Source: Anolis carolinensis
Lineage: Eukaryota
DNA: 64,000 nt
Direction: 5' to 3'
Assembly (NCBI RefSeq): GCF_035594765.1
Contig: NC_085846.1
Location: 17,781,190-17,845,189 of the forward strand
Below the pieces are notes generated by a model. The model was not told the origin of the DNA. It searched no databases and saw nothing but the letters and a program-made list of their open reading frames with translations. Numbering within the stretch: position 1 is the first letter of the stretch; the number at the start of each line of letters is the position of its first letter. Shown one piece after another: positions 13,471 through 25,963 of this stretch. The position numbers were made by a program, and so were the translations under genes.

Positions 13471-13989
13471 GGGGTCTTCAGGATGGTTAAGGATGGGGAG
13501 GAGGGAGGGCTGCAAGGAACCAAGGGGGGTTTAGGAAGGAACAAGTCTGTGGGTAAGGAAGGAAGAAGATCAAAAATGGGTAGGAAGGGGTTCAAATTAG
13601 TGGGTGGGTTGGTTGGTTGGAAGGGGATCAAATGGGTGAGTGGGTGAGACCAAGGTAGGGTAGATAGGTTGGAACAGGCATGGGCAAACTTGGGCCCTCC
13701 AGGTGTTTTGGACTTCAACTCCCACAATTCCTAACAGCCGGTAGGCTGTTAGGAATTGTGGGAGTTGAAGTCCAAAACACCTGGAGGGCCCAAGTTTGCC
13801 CATGCCTGGGGCAGCCACAAAGTAAGTACCACTCCATTAATAGGAAATAACACTTTCAAACCAGGAACAGATTTTTTTACACATTTTGTTACATAGTGCA
13901 ATGCTTGTTACCATTTAAAGAAGAATCAGACCATGACATCTGGAATCTTAAAATGATCTAGGCCCATAGTCAAATATGTTGCCTTGGAG

Positions 13990-14664
13990 CAGGGGTCCCC
14001 AAACTAAGGCCCGGGGGCCAGATGCGGCCCTCCAAGGTCATTTACCTGGCCCCCGCCCTCAGTTTTATAATATAATATTTTTATATCAGTTTTAATAGTA
14101 TAATATATTGTAAATACATATAATATTGATAATAATATTATGTTATACAATATAATACTAATAATAATACCATATAATAATATTAATTATATGTTATATA
14201 TTATGTATTATATAATTGTATAGTGGTATAGTTCAATATAGTACTATATAATGCTAATATTGTGCTATGCTAATAATATAATATATTGTATGTACATACA
14301 GCTGCTCTGAGTCCCCTTCAAGGTGAGAAGGGCGGTATATAAATGTCGCAAATAAATAAATAAATAAATATAAATGTAGTAAATAAATGCAGTAAATAAA
14401 TAATTAATTTTAGACTTAGGCTCAGCCAAAGTCTGAAATGACTTGAAGGCACACAATAACAACAATCATGTTGGTTAAAATTGTTTTCATTTTTAAATAT
14501 TGTATTGTTCTTTCGTTCTTGTTTTTGTTGTTGCATTACAAATAAGACATGTGCAGTATGCATAGGAATTTGTTTGTATTTTTTTTTTCAAATGATAATT
14601 CGGCCCCTCAACAGTCTGAAGGATTGTGGACCGGCCCTCTGCTTCAAAAATTTGAGGACCCCTG
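13990..14664. mobile_element. Non-autonomous hAT transposon
   Basis: TIR CAGGGGTCC...GGACCCCTG, perfect 8-bp TSD CCTTGGAG, AT-rich interior. Confidence 0.85.
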
Positions 14665-14746
14665 CCTTGGAGGATGGTGGAGTCTCCTTCTTTGGAGGTC
14701 TTTTATCAGGTCCCTTCTATGCTGCCATATAAAATCCAGATTATCG

Positions 14747-15366
14747 GGTTGCTGTGAGTTTTCTGAGCTGTATGCCCATGTTCCAGAAGCATTCTCTCCT
14801 GACGTTTCGCCCACATCTATGATAGGCATCCCCAGAGTTTGTGAGGTTTATTGGTAACTAGGTAAATGAGGTTTATATATACAGTAGAGTCTCACTTATC
14901 CAACACTCGCTTATCCAACATTCTGGATTATCCAATGCATTTTTGTAGTCAATGTTTTCAATACATTGTGATATTTTGGTGCTAAATTCGTAAATACAGT
15001 AATTACTATGTAGCATTACTGCGTATTGAACTGCTTTTTCTGTCAAATTTGTTGTATAACATGATGTTTTGGTGCTTAATTTGTAAAATCATAACCTAAT
15101 TTGATGTTTAATAGGCTTCTCCTTAATCTCTCCTTATTATCCAACATATTTGCTTATCCAACGTTCTGCCGGCCCGTTTATGTTGGATAAGTGAGACTCT
15201 ACAGTATCTGTGGAATGTCCAGGGTGGGAGAAAGAACTTTTGTCTGTCTGAAGCAAGTGTGAATGTTACAATTGGCCATCTTGATTAGCATTGAATAGCC
15301 TTGCAGCTTCAAAATCTGTCTGCTTCTTGCCTGGGGATTCTTTGTTGGGAGGTGTTAGCTGGCCCA
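14747..15366 (-). mobile_element. Penelope-like retroelement terminal fragment
   Basis: GTTGCTGTGAGTTTT...GACGTTTCGCCCACATCTATG repeat; homologous copies at about 1385-1572, 37442-37745, 38437-38950. Confidence 0.6.
14882..15204. mobile_element. Tigger/pogo-like MITE nested in a Penelope-like fragment
   Basis: Same TIR, TA target. Confidence 0.8.
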
Positions 15367-15829
15367 GGTTATCTGGTTTAAACTGGTTGATATGGCAGTG
15401 TAGACTCAGATAATCAAGGTCAAAGCAAATAATGTGGATTATCTGCTTTGATAACCTGGATTACATGTCAGTGTAGAAGGGTCCTCAGACATACTTTGGA
15501 CTGTGTGTTCTCCATGGCAGGGGTTGGACTGGATGGCCTTTGTGGTCCCTTCCAAACTATGAATCTATGATTGCAGTAGGATGGAGGATCAAATGGTGGG
15601 GAGGTTGTATGAAGGGGTTCAAGTGGGAATGTGTTTGGTAGGTAAGAGTTTAAATGGGTGGGTGGATACAAAGGGGGTCAAATGGGGGGGGGGATTAGGA
15701 AGGGATTCAAAGGGAAGGAATTAAATGGCAGGATTAAGTGGATAGGAAGGAGTTCAGATATTTTCATGAGTAGGAAGAAGTTAAAATATATGGGTAGGAA
15801 GGGGTTTAAATGGTGGATAAGTGCTAGAG

Positions 15830-15963
15830 CAGGCATGGGTAAACTTTGGCCCTCCAGGTGTTTTGGACTTCAACTCCCACAATTCCTAACAGCCTACCGG
15901 CTGTTAGGAATTGTGGGAGTTGAAGTCCAAAACACCTGGAGGGCCAAAGTTTACCCATGCCTG
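15830..15963. mobile_element. Palindromic hAT-type MITE (CAGGCATGGGCAAACTT family)
   Basis: About 133-bp hairpin with TSD TGCTAGAG; other copies at 3277-3410, 4126-4304, 13675-13808, 20763-20885 (TSD TTCTAACT), 31303-31403 (TSD GTGTATAA), 32054-32180, 33115-33223, 53181-53351. Confidence 0.85.
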
Positions 15964-17200
15964 TGCTAGAGGGTTCATACTGGAAGAGAGGTGTATAGGA
16001 AAGTATTCAAACAAGAAGGAGGTTGGGTAGCAAGGAGTTATTGTCCTAAAGATTCCCCTCTCCTGCCCCATAGAATTGATCCTGATCCAGGTCCCTTGTG
16101 TACAAACTGTTAAATGGAGGGGCGTGCATTTGGCAGCTGGAAGCCCTTTTCCTCTAGAGGTGTGTGACTTTGTTCAAGACAAAAGATTTACTTCCCCGTT
16201 ATGAGAAATCTATTTAAAAATAACGCTTTGCAGATTTGTGTAGTTGATTGAGCATAGGAAATACATCTTTGCCCAGGGCCATTGAAATAAATGGCAAAGT
16301 TCCTAAAAGGGAGGAGACTAGAAAAGTAAGAGTTAGATATAAAAACTGGTCATTTTTTCATACAGTATTGGCTATAAGTGTGGGATAGACATGCCCCATC
16401 CTTTCTCACACACACCCCATACCCTCCCCGACCCCTATGATGACAGGAAGTGGGTAATCCTAGGGAAATGTGTAATTCGTCCTTGGTGGTGTGGTTTGAA
16501 AGCACTGGGATGCTAACAACTCTGTTATTGAGAGGGAGGGCCATAAAGAACAAACATTTAGTGCCCAGCTGTTGCCAACGGGTCAAGACTTTGGGGCAGG
16601 AGCTTGGCATCCGATTAAGCAAAATGAGCTTAATGAGGAAATTAAACATATCTGGAGGCTCAACGTACCACATTTTGGAAGAAACATAATGCTTGTTGCC
16701 TTTTAAAGAGAGGTCAGACTGTGACATCCGGAATCTAAAAAATGACCTAATGTTCCATGGTCAAATAGATTGCCTTGGAGGATAGTGGATTCTCCTTCTG
16801 TGAAGGTCTTTTTATCAAAAATGGATGAATGCCTCTCAGGAATACTTTGACAGTGTGTTCTCCATCGCAGGGGTTGGACTGGATAGCCTTTGTGGTCCCT
16901 TCCAAACTATGAATCTTTGATTGCAGTACTAGACATTCCTTTTGTTTTTAATTTCCCCCTCTCTTCAGAAATAAGTTATGTCTTGGCTGCTCGTATATGC
17001 CTTTATCTGCGCAGAATAAAATGTGTATTATATTAGTTCCAGGTGTATGTGTGTGTATGTTTTAGATAACAACGTAATTTTAGTTATTGCAAGAAACAGA
17101 CTGGCAAAACCAGCTTTGCGAATGCCTTTTCCTAAAAAAATCCATGGGTTTGTCATGCGATGACAGGCGACAAAGAAACAAATAAACAAACAACCAAGTA

Positions 17201-17499
17201 CAGTAGAGTCTCACTTATCCAACATAAACGGGCTGGCAGAACGTTGGATAAGCGAATATGTTGGATAATAAGGAGAGGTTAAGGAGAAGCCTTTTAAACA
17301 CCAAATTAGGTTATGATTTTACAAATTAAGCACCAAAACATCATGTTATACAACAGATTTGACAGAAAAAGTAGTTCAATATGCAGTAATGCTACATAGT
17401 AATTACGAATTTAGCACCAAAATATCACGATGTATTGAAAACATTGACTACAAAAATGCGTTGGATAATCCAGAACGTTGGATAAGTGAGACTCTACTG
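17201..17499. mobile_element. Tigger/pogo-like MITE
   Basis: Same TIR, TA target, opposite orientation to the 14882 copy. Confidence 0.8.
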
Positions 17500-18361
17500 T
17501 AATTAAATATTGGTTTCATCCCAATTTGAAGAGAGAACATTATATTTCTTGTTTAACATTCTAGTCCTGTTTCATACTTATGCCTCTTCTACACTGCCAT
17601 ATAAATTCCAGATTGTCTAATTATGGCAGATTATATGGCAGCGTAGGCTAATATTATTTATTTATTTATTTATTTGCAGCATTTATAACTCTCTAAGGCT
17701 CCTTCTACACTTCCAGATTATCTGCTTTGAACTGGATTATCTGGTGGTGTAGACTCATATAATCCAGTTCAAAGCAGATAGTGTGGATTATCTGTTTTGA
17801 TAATCTGAATTATATGGCAGTGTATAAGGGGCCTCAGCAGTTCCTCATAAAACTTGCTTTGCAGATCTTTGGTATTTTTAAATCAGCCTCCTCCAGACAT
17901 AATCCATCTTGTCAATATCCTTCCTAAACTATAATGTTCAGAAATAGACCCAGAATTCCTGGTGATATCTGGATACTCTACTCCTCTTGATGCAGCCTTG
18001 AACTACCTTGTCTTTTTTTGATGCCACGTCATGCTGTTGGTTTATGTCCACAGTGGAATACTGTACTGCTTTCAAGCCATATATCACTCATCCTATATTT
18101 GCGCATTTTCTAACCCTACATTTATTCCTGGTAAAATTCATTGTGCTGTTGCCATCTATGAAATGTTGGAAGGTTTGGATCCTGGATTGCTTGTGATTCT
18201 CTGTGAAATGTGTTTGAATGTATTTTTTAGTGTAATATGTGAAAACTCCCAGTCACTGAGTGTTGTTTATTATTGTTGTTGTTATTATTGCTATTATTAT
18301 TATTGTTGTTATTCTTATTCTTATTATTTTGCTTCCATGTCTGATTAGAAATATATCCATC

Positions 18362-21300
18362 ATGGGGGTCAGCCATGGCTGTTTGCTCTGCGTTAAAGTG
18401 AAAATGTTTGTCTTCAATCTCATCTTCTGGGTGAGTTACAGTGGGCCCCCATTGTGAAGAGAATATGAACTATATGCTAGCCAAATTTGTGCGTCAGATA
18501 GTCTTTCAGAACAATAGGTCATTCACAGTCCCAGGATTTTTAATGAACAGGTAAAGGTAAAGGTTTTCCCCTGACATTAAGTCTAGTCGTGTCTGACTGT
18601 GGGGGTTGGTGCTCATCTCAATTTCTAAGCCGAAGAGCCGGTGCTGTCCATAGACACCTCCAAGGTCATCTGGCTGGCATGATTGCATGGAATGCCGTTA
18701 CCTTCCCGTCGGAGTGGTACCTATTGATCTACTCACATTGGCATGTTTTCGAACTTCTAGGTTGGCAGAAGCTGGGGCTAACAACGGGGAGCTCACCCCG
18801 TTCCCTGGATTCGAACTGCTAACCTTTCAGTCAGAAAGTTCAGCAGCTCAGCGGTTTAACCCGCTATACAAAAACCTATCTTGCAGGGTTCTGGCGAGAC
18901 TGAATGAGGTAGAAAATGTATTTGCTACCCAAATTCTATCATGAAAAGTAAAAACCTAAAACATGTTCTCTTCTCCCAATTGTTTGCTGAGCTGTCATTG
19001 AATATTAATCAGTCAATTGCTTGTAGGTCTGTGTACAATAGAAATCCAAGGGCAACTTCAGTAACAGAAATAAAAGCTTAATTTTATTACACAATTTTTT
19101 TGCACAGTACCTACAGACACAAAGACATGATTGGAATAGAAGGAATTTAAGCGGAGTTTGGTCTTGAGTTTGCAAGAGCCATTAGCTTTATAAAAGAACT
19201 GCTCCAGATAAAGATGAAAATGATAGAAACTGTTTTTATTTGGCACAGCTGTCTATATGTGTTTAATTCTCTTTTAGGATGGCATTGCTTATAGAAACTG
19301 TGCTGGTCAGATCCTGTGCTGGTTCAGAGGCATAAGAAGAAGGGGATGATAGGCTTCTGCACTGCCTGGCTTACACATGCTGACTTTCTCTCTGCCTCTC
19401 CTCTAGCTGGGTGGCTGTGGGGTCCTCGGCGTGGGAGTCTGGCTGGCCGTTTCCCAGGGCCGCTTTGCCACCTTATCGTTCTCCTTCCCATCGTTGTCAG
19501 CCGCTGGCTTCTTCATGGCAACTGGGGCGATCATCATGGTCGTGGGCTTCCTTGGATGCTTGGGGGCAGCCACAGAGCACCGCTGCCTCTTGCTCACAGT
19601 AAGTAGTAACTCTCTATGGAATTGATGTGTTTTCAAAGAAGGAGCTGTGTTAGGGTACATCTATACTGTTGATTTAACACAGTTTGATGCCACTCTGATT
19701 GCCATGGCGGATATATGGTGGATATATTTCTATGTGTGTGGGTGAATTGGACTCAAGGTGGGCAATAGTTACAGAAATGTTATGTGAAAACTTTGGCAAG
19801 TATTAGCAAGAGACACTAGTGAATACAGAATGTCTTGATGACTTACATTCATAATCTATTTGAAAAGCCACGGTAGGGAATAGGAATACTATTGGTTCAG
19901 GGATGTCCAGTCTGCATGTGAACACAAATTCTAAGCTCTATGCTTTACCTGTCTCTCTCCATCCCAGTTTTTTGTGGTGCTCTCCACTCTCTTCCTCCTT
20001 GAGCTGGTTGGATTGCTGATTTTTGTCACTTGTAGAGACAAGGTAAGACCTTTAGTTGTATAGATAGGAGGGACAAATAGCGTGGGACTGATAATGTTAA
20101 ACAAGATAGCCAGAGGTTTCTCTATCTTGGGGGAAGGATAAGCAAAAAGAAATTGATTCAGAAGGTGGCATGCCTTGAATGCATGGCATGAGAAAGAGTC
20201 CTTTGCACGAATCCGATCAATCATTTCCACACTTTAAACAGCAAGAAAACTGCAACTCAAATTGTGTGTATTAATGACTTGGGTTTCCTTTAAAGAGCTG
20301 CAGCACACAGGGATTTTAGCAAGGTCCGTCAAACACATTTCGATGCCTGAAGTCGGACTGCATATAATGCTACTCCCTTTATGAAATCAAGTGGTTTGGG
20401 CCATAATCCTGTGTCAGTTTAACTAAGAAACTTCTCCCACCCCTCAAACCTGATGGAAACATAATTCAATACAACCTTACATTTGTTATATAGTAGGTCC
20501 ACAGTATCAGCCGGGGTTTAGTTTTAGGACCTGTCATGAATAACAAAATATGTGGATGCCCCAAATCCATTATGGATTTTACATGCTGGTATGCTGCAAG
20601 CCACCTCGAGTCTGTGTTGCTGAGAAAGGCAGGGTAGAAATACCCCAAATACATAAATAAAGCATATACAATGCCACAGTAAAAAGAAAGGGAAACCGCT
20701 ATGTGAAGAGTTTAATGTTTAGTGATCATCATAAGGACTGGGAACTTTGGATTATTCTAACTCAGGCATGGACAAACTTTGCCCCTCTGTGTTTTGGACA
20801 TCAACTCCCACAATTCCTAACAGTCTACCATCTGTTAGGAATTGAAGTCCAAAACACCTGGAGGGCTGAAGTTTGCCCATGCCTGTTCTAACTTCTTGCA
20901 CTGCTCCATTCAATGTCTTTTTTGAATCTTTTGTCTAGTTTGACAAATATGCCCAGTCTAACCTAAAGGAAGGTCTTAAGCTGTATGACACAGATGACAA
21001 CTTGGGGTTAACCAAAGCTTGGAACCACGTCCAGAATGAGGTGAGTGTCAAACAATTATTTTAAGAATGGTAAGGAATGGCAGGTGGGGTGTTGATTTTT
21101 CTCACATCTCCACTTGATGTCTCTCTTTGCTTTCCAGTTCCGTTGCTGTGGTGTTCAGAGTTACACGGACTGGTTTGAGGTGCGCAACCAGACGTGGGTC
21201 CCTCTGTCCTGCTGCTTACAGCAAAGCGACACTTGCCAAGAGGACAGCACCAGCTGGTGGAAAGAGGTGAGAGAAAGACAGCAAGGGCTGGCTTTGCGAG

Positions 21301-23976
21301 AGAAGGAGGAATCCACACATTCTGCCCTTCCCATGAAGCTCAGGCAGAATCAAGCTGCGGTACCTTCTTCTAGTGTGTTATTATGTTTATTTATACTCAA
21401 TTTTTTCTCTCCATAAATGAGACTCAAAGTGGCTGTATATGTGTTATTCCTCATTCATAACTTTTGAAAGCTTGACCACACTTTGATCCTGCTTGGCCTC
21501 TCACATGTTTTAGTTCTCATCTGTGAAATGTTGCCAGGTATGCTAGACTGCTATGGTTTCCAAACTAGTATTCTCACCAAGGTAGCCATTTGTTGTTGTT
21601 GAAAGTACAGCCCTCACTGAAATATTGAGCTGAGAAGAAAAGGGATCCCATTTTGCCTGAACAAGAAGTCTTTGATTGCCTTTGACTGGGAACTGCATAT
21701 TTCCACCTTCCATCCTTACTGACACCTGCATTAAAAGCCATTGTACAGCTAAATAATTTTAGATTATGAATTTAACGATCTTACTAGTTGGAAATTGCTT
21801 TGGTGAAGCACAACATTAATGCTTCTCTGCAACCAAACTCCTATTTATGCTTTACAACTGCTTCCAAATTCGTTATGTCAGAACATAAGACTGATTTTGA
21901 TTACTGCTCTAGAATGATTTTTAAAAATAGGTTGATTCTCCTTTTGAATTTCAAAATTCTAGTTTTATTCCTGTGTTTTCTATGAGACGTGTATTTCAGA
22001 TTTTTTTAATGTGTCAGAAGCGACTTGAGAACATCCTGCAAGTCGCTTCTGGTGTGAGAGAATTGGCCGTTTACAGAGACGTTGCCCAGGGGACGCCCGG
22101 ATGTGTTAGCTGGCAGTCTTCTCTCATGTCCCCACAAGCTAGAGCTGACAGATGGGAGCTCACCCAGTCTCGCAGATTCAAACTGTCAACCTTCAGCTCT
22201 ACAAACCAACCTTCAGGCCAGCAGGCCAGCCGACACAAGGGTTTAACCCATTGTTCCATTGCAGCTCTGTATTTCAGATGTCTTAATTTCATTATGAGCA
22301 CTTGAACATTTATGTTTATATTTAGAATGGACAAAGGTAGAAAGCAAGGATATACATATGCAGAAATTTTAGGGAAAATATTAAGGCTGTACTGTGGGTA
22401 CATACTGTACTCAATTTTCTCTCCTTCCTCTTTTTTTAAAATCCCGAAATACTGACAAACATAATGAAAATAGTACTATTTGTGTAACCAGACTGAATTA
22501 TAATCTAACAGTTAAGGTTTTCTGCAGTAGAAACTACTGAAACTGCACGTAATGCATGGACTTGATCTTCCATACCTTCTGACCATTTCTGCAGTTTGAC
22601 TTGTGTTTATTTTGTGTACGATTCCCTGCAGCCCTGTTATGAGAAGGTGAAACTCTGGTTAGGAGAGAACATTTCTGCAATGGGCATCTTTGCTGCCTGC
22701 ATCATCGTTGTCCAGGTGAGATGGTCGGCTTGTTGCTAAGGACCAATTCAGCCATGTTTACATCTCTTTACACAATTCACCTGCTTTTGATATTGATAGG
22801 AAGGGAGAAGAAGCTATTCTATAGTAACTCAGGGGCCTGTAATTTAAGGCAAAAGAATAATAAAAAACAGAGGGTTGATGACCTGAAGATTCATTAAGCA
22901 TTGCTTGAAGGGATTTACTAAGCATAGATCACACCGTTCAAAGTTTATCACTGCTGTCTTTAAATGGGGAAATTGTGGCATCCAGATTTCTTGGACTGTA
23001 CATATAGCAGCCCTTTAGGCAGCACAATCAATGAGGAGTAATGTGTGGATGGGATCATGCAAGGAAGGTAGACTTTTTACAGTAATCCCCATCTCATCTC
23101 CATTCAGACATTAGTTGGGAAGCAGAATGGAAAGACGGGTGGTGGATTCACATGTCTCCGGGGCTGTTTGCAGTGGCAGAGCACATGCTTACATGCCTAG
23201 GAAGCTGTACCACTTCTAAGTTGGGTAATCTTTAGAGTCCTGGTGGCGAAGTGCATTAAAGTACTGAGCTGGAGACCAAACAGTCCCAAGTTCAAACCCC
23301 GGGAGTGGCGTGAGCGGCCGCTGTTAGCTCCAGCTCCTGCCAACCTAGCAGTTCGAAAACATGCCAATGTGAGTAGATCAATAGGTACCGCTCCGGCGGG
23401 AAGGTAATGGCGCTCCATGCAGTCATGCTGGCCACATGACCTTGGAGGTGTCTATGGACAACGCCAGCTCTTCGGCTTAGAAATGGAGATGAGCACCAAC
23501 CCCCAGAGTCAGACATGACTGGACTGAACGTCAGGGAAAACCTTTACCTTTTAATCTTGTCTTCATGGCTCATTAGTTACTTTCCAGTTTTCTTCACCCC
23601 ATTTAAGAATCCTGTGGTGGATCTTTTATTTGCAAAGCTGTGATCTATCACAGAGCTACTGCCAGTGTAGGCAATACTAGACTAGATGGTGAACTGCGAT
23701 CTGGCAATTTCATGTTCCCCAGATGATGGCACTACGGCACCACTGACCAAGGACTGTCTTGTCTTTTCTGTCATTTTTAGAGGCACGGAGACAGGACAGA
23801 GTTGGACATTTTCAGAGTGGGGACTTTTGAGATGTCATGATAACGTGAACTAGGGAGTCAACCCTACTGCTTTCAGCCTAATATATCACTCCTCTCCCTC
23901 CCAACAGGTCTTGGGCATTGTGTTCTCCATGCTGATGTACTGCCAGGTTCGGAGAGCAGAGAAGTACTATGACTGA
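18362..23976 (+). CDS. Tetraspanin of the TSPAN4/TSPAN9 family (tetraspanin-4-like), 239 aa
   Basis: Exons 18362-18430, 19407-19598, 19968-20042, 20939-21040, 21138-21266, 22632-22715, 23908-23976, all phase 0 GT-AG, 720 nt. Four hydrophobic segments, FRCCG motif, six-Cys large loop, ends MYCQVRRAEKYYD*. 5'UTR acceptor at 18348; AATAAA at 24330 and 24557. Symbol withheld because orthology to TSPAN4 is doubtful. Confidence 0.93.
18550..18862 (-). mobile_element. Sauria SINE
   Basis: (ACCTTT)n tail seen as GTAAAGGTAAAGG; typical body and tRNA-related head. Confidence 0.8.
23238..23552 (+). mobile_element. Sauria SINE
   Basis: GGTGGCGAAGTG A-box head, GTTCAAACC B-box, AAACCTTTACCTTT tail; reverse complement of the 18550 copy. 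Confidence 0.8.
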
Positions 23977-25963
23977 ACCCCTCTGAGCTACTCCTTGTAG
24001 CTCAGGGACATAAGTAAAGGTTTTTCATTCGAAGGAGCTACTTTGCTTTCTCCACTCAGCCCCTTTCTTCTCATCTTTCAAGACGTTCCCTTCCCATGCT
24101 ATTTACAGACAGAATGTGTTACCTGCTAAGAAGTATTTTCACCCCAGGATAGTCCCCCCTCTCCCCTCTATTACTTTTTTAAAATTCCCTGTATCTCTTT
24201 TTAACCATTGAGGCTCCCCTCCCTTTCAAACTTTATCCTATATAGGTCCCCCCCCCCCAATATCTTTTATCATAATCTCTCTCTCCTAACTCTGCTGCTT
24301 TTGTATATAACAGAACTATACCAAGTACAAATAAACACCTTATAATCACAATCCTCTTCCTGCTGTGTATCTGTACTTTTTGGTTATGACTAATTTCCTT
24401 TTAAAGGGGACTTTACCCCCACTATTATCTTTCCTTTAAAAAAAAAAGGAACCCTTGAGCAGAAATCCTTTCATTTAGATACCGAGACCTAGAAGAACTC
24501 TTCCTATTAACTAGCCATTATTCATCTCCTCAAAATTAATTGCATGAGTGATTGTCAATAAAGTAATCAAGATGTTGGGGATACAAAAATAGGAGAAAAG
24601 AGATAAAACTGCTCTCTTCACATCATTTCTATTTGGTAGATTTCACATGCCTGCAGGCACAACGGGAGTCCGTAGAGCAGAGCTTGGAAATGTTACTTTT
24701 TGGGCTAAGATCTTCCAAAAAGCACAGCCACAGGCAACAATCAGCTGTAGAGCCAAAAAGTACTTTTCCAATAGGACAATGGGCAGTTCTCCAACTATGT
24801 ACTGCCTTTCTTTCATATCTCTGGGAGTGCATTGCAAGGCCTTCTCCCTTTAGGTATCTTAGGCCCCTTCCTCACAGCTAAATGAAATCCCATATTATAT
24901 GCTTTGAATTGGAATATATGGCAGTGTGGACTCAGATAACCCAGTTCAAAGGAGATATTGTAGGATTTTCTGCCTTGCTATTCTGAATTATATGGATGTG
25001 TGGAAGGGCCCTCGCTCTTTAATTTTGTTATCCAAACCGTATATTTTCAGACAACACAACACAAGGAGTTGGTAAAAGACATATTTTTATTATTGGCTAG
25101 TAGGTTGGCAGGAAGGAGAAAAAATAATACATCCTCTCCCTTCCAATTCACCAATCATCTTTGGACAAAAATAGAGGGCCAGAGCCAGAAATAGCCCTTG
25201 AAAATCTGATACAAAAGTATGCTGGGCGAGCAAGGTGGCAGAAAGAAGGGGATAAACAGAGGGTTTTGTGTGACTCTTAGAGCCCCATCAAGGCTCATAT
25301 TTGAACCACCCTCCGCAACAGGAAAAGGAAAGACCCTGAAATGCCACTCCTGCAATCTGGCAGAGGCTTCTGCATGGGGAGGAAGAGGAGACAGGGAAGA
25401 AGAAGAAAATGACAGTATCTCCCCACCACTCCAACGAGGGCTCAAACTGAAGTGCAGACAAACCCAGCCTATGTGCAAAGGATCTTTTAAGACACTTATA
25501 AGGAAAACCGGGATTAGAAAAGAAAAGAAAAACTATTCTGATTAAGGGGGCCATCAGCAACCAGGGTTGGTAGAGTAGGGAGCACACAAAGGGGGATGTA
25601 GTGAGGTTTTTGTCAGTAACTCTCTGTAGTGTGTTGTTTTACTTTTCCTCATTTAAACGTATGGATGTCAGTACCCCCTTGCAGAACAGCTATCGTCCCT
25701 CCTAGTTATCCAACATAAAGGATAATGTAGGACAGGTTTTCTGAGTTGGAGACAGAAGGGGGTTTATGAGACCTTCCAGCCCAACTGTAGTGTGAGATTG
25801 AGGTGATCGCTGTAAGTTAAAGTTTATGGGAGCTCAAGCTTGGAGGGAAGATTTGGACTGTATGGCTTGAGGGGAGCTTCCAACCCTGTCCACCGGATTT
25901 TGAGGGGAGTGGGGGAGAAGGGGACCAACTGGGGAGGGGGAGGCACAGGGACCCCCAGATCTA

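Noticed and set aside
13040-13727. Overlapping 120-205 aa ORFs
   Set aside because: They arise from GC-rich, purine-skewed low-complexity DNA plus a MITE; no recognisable domain.
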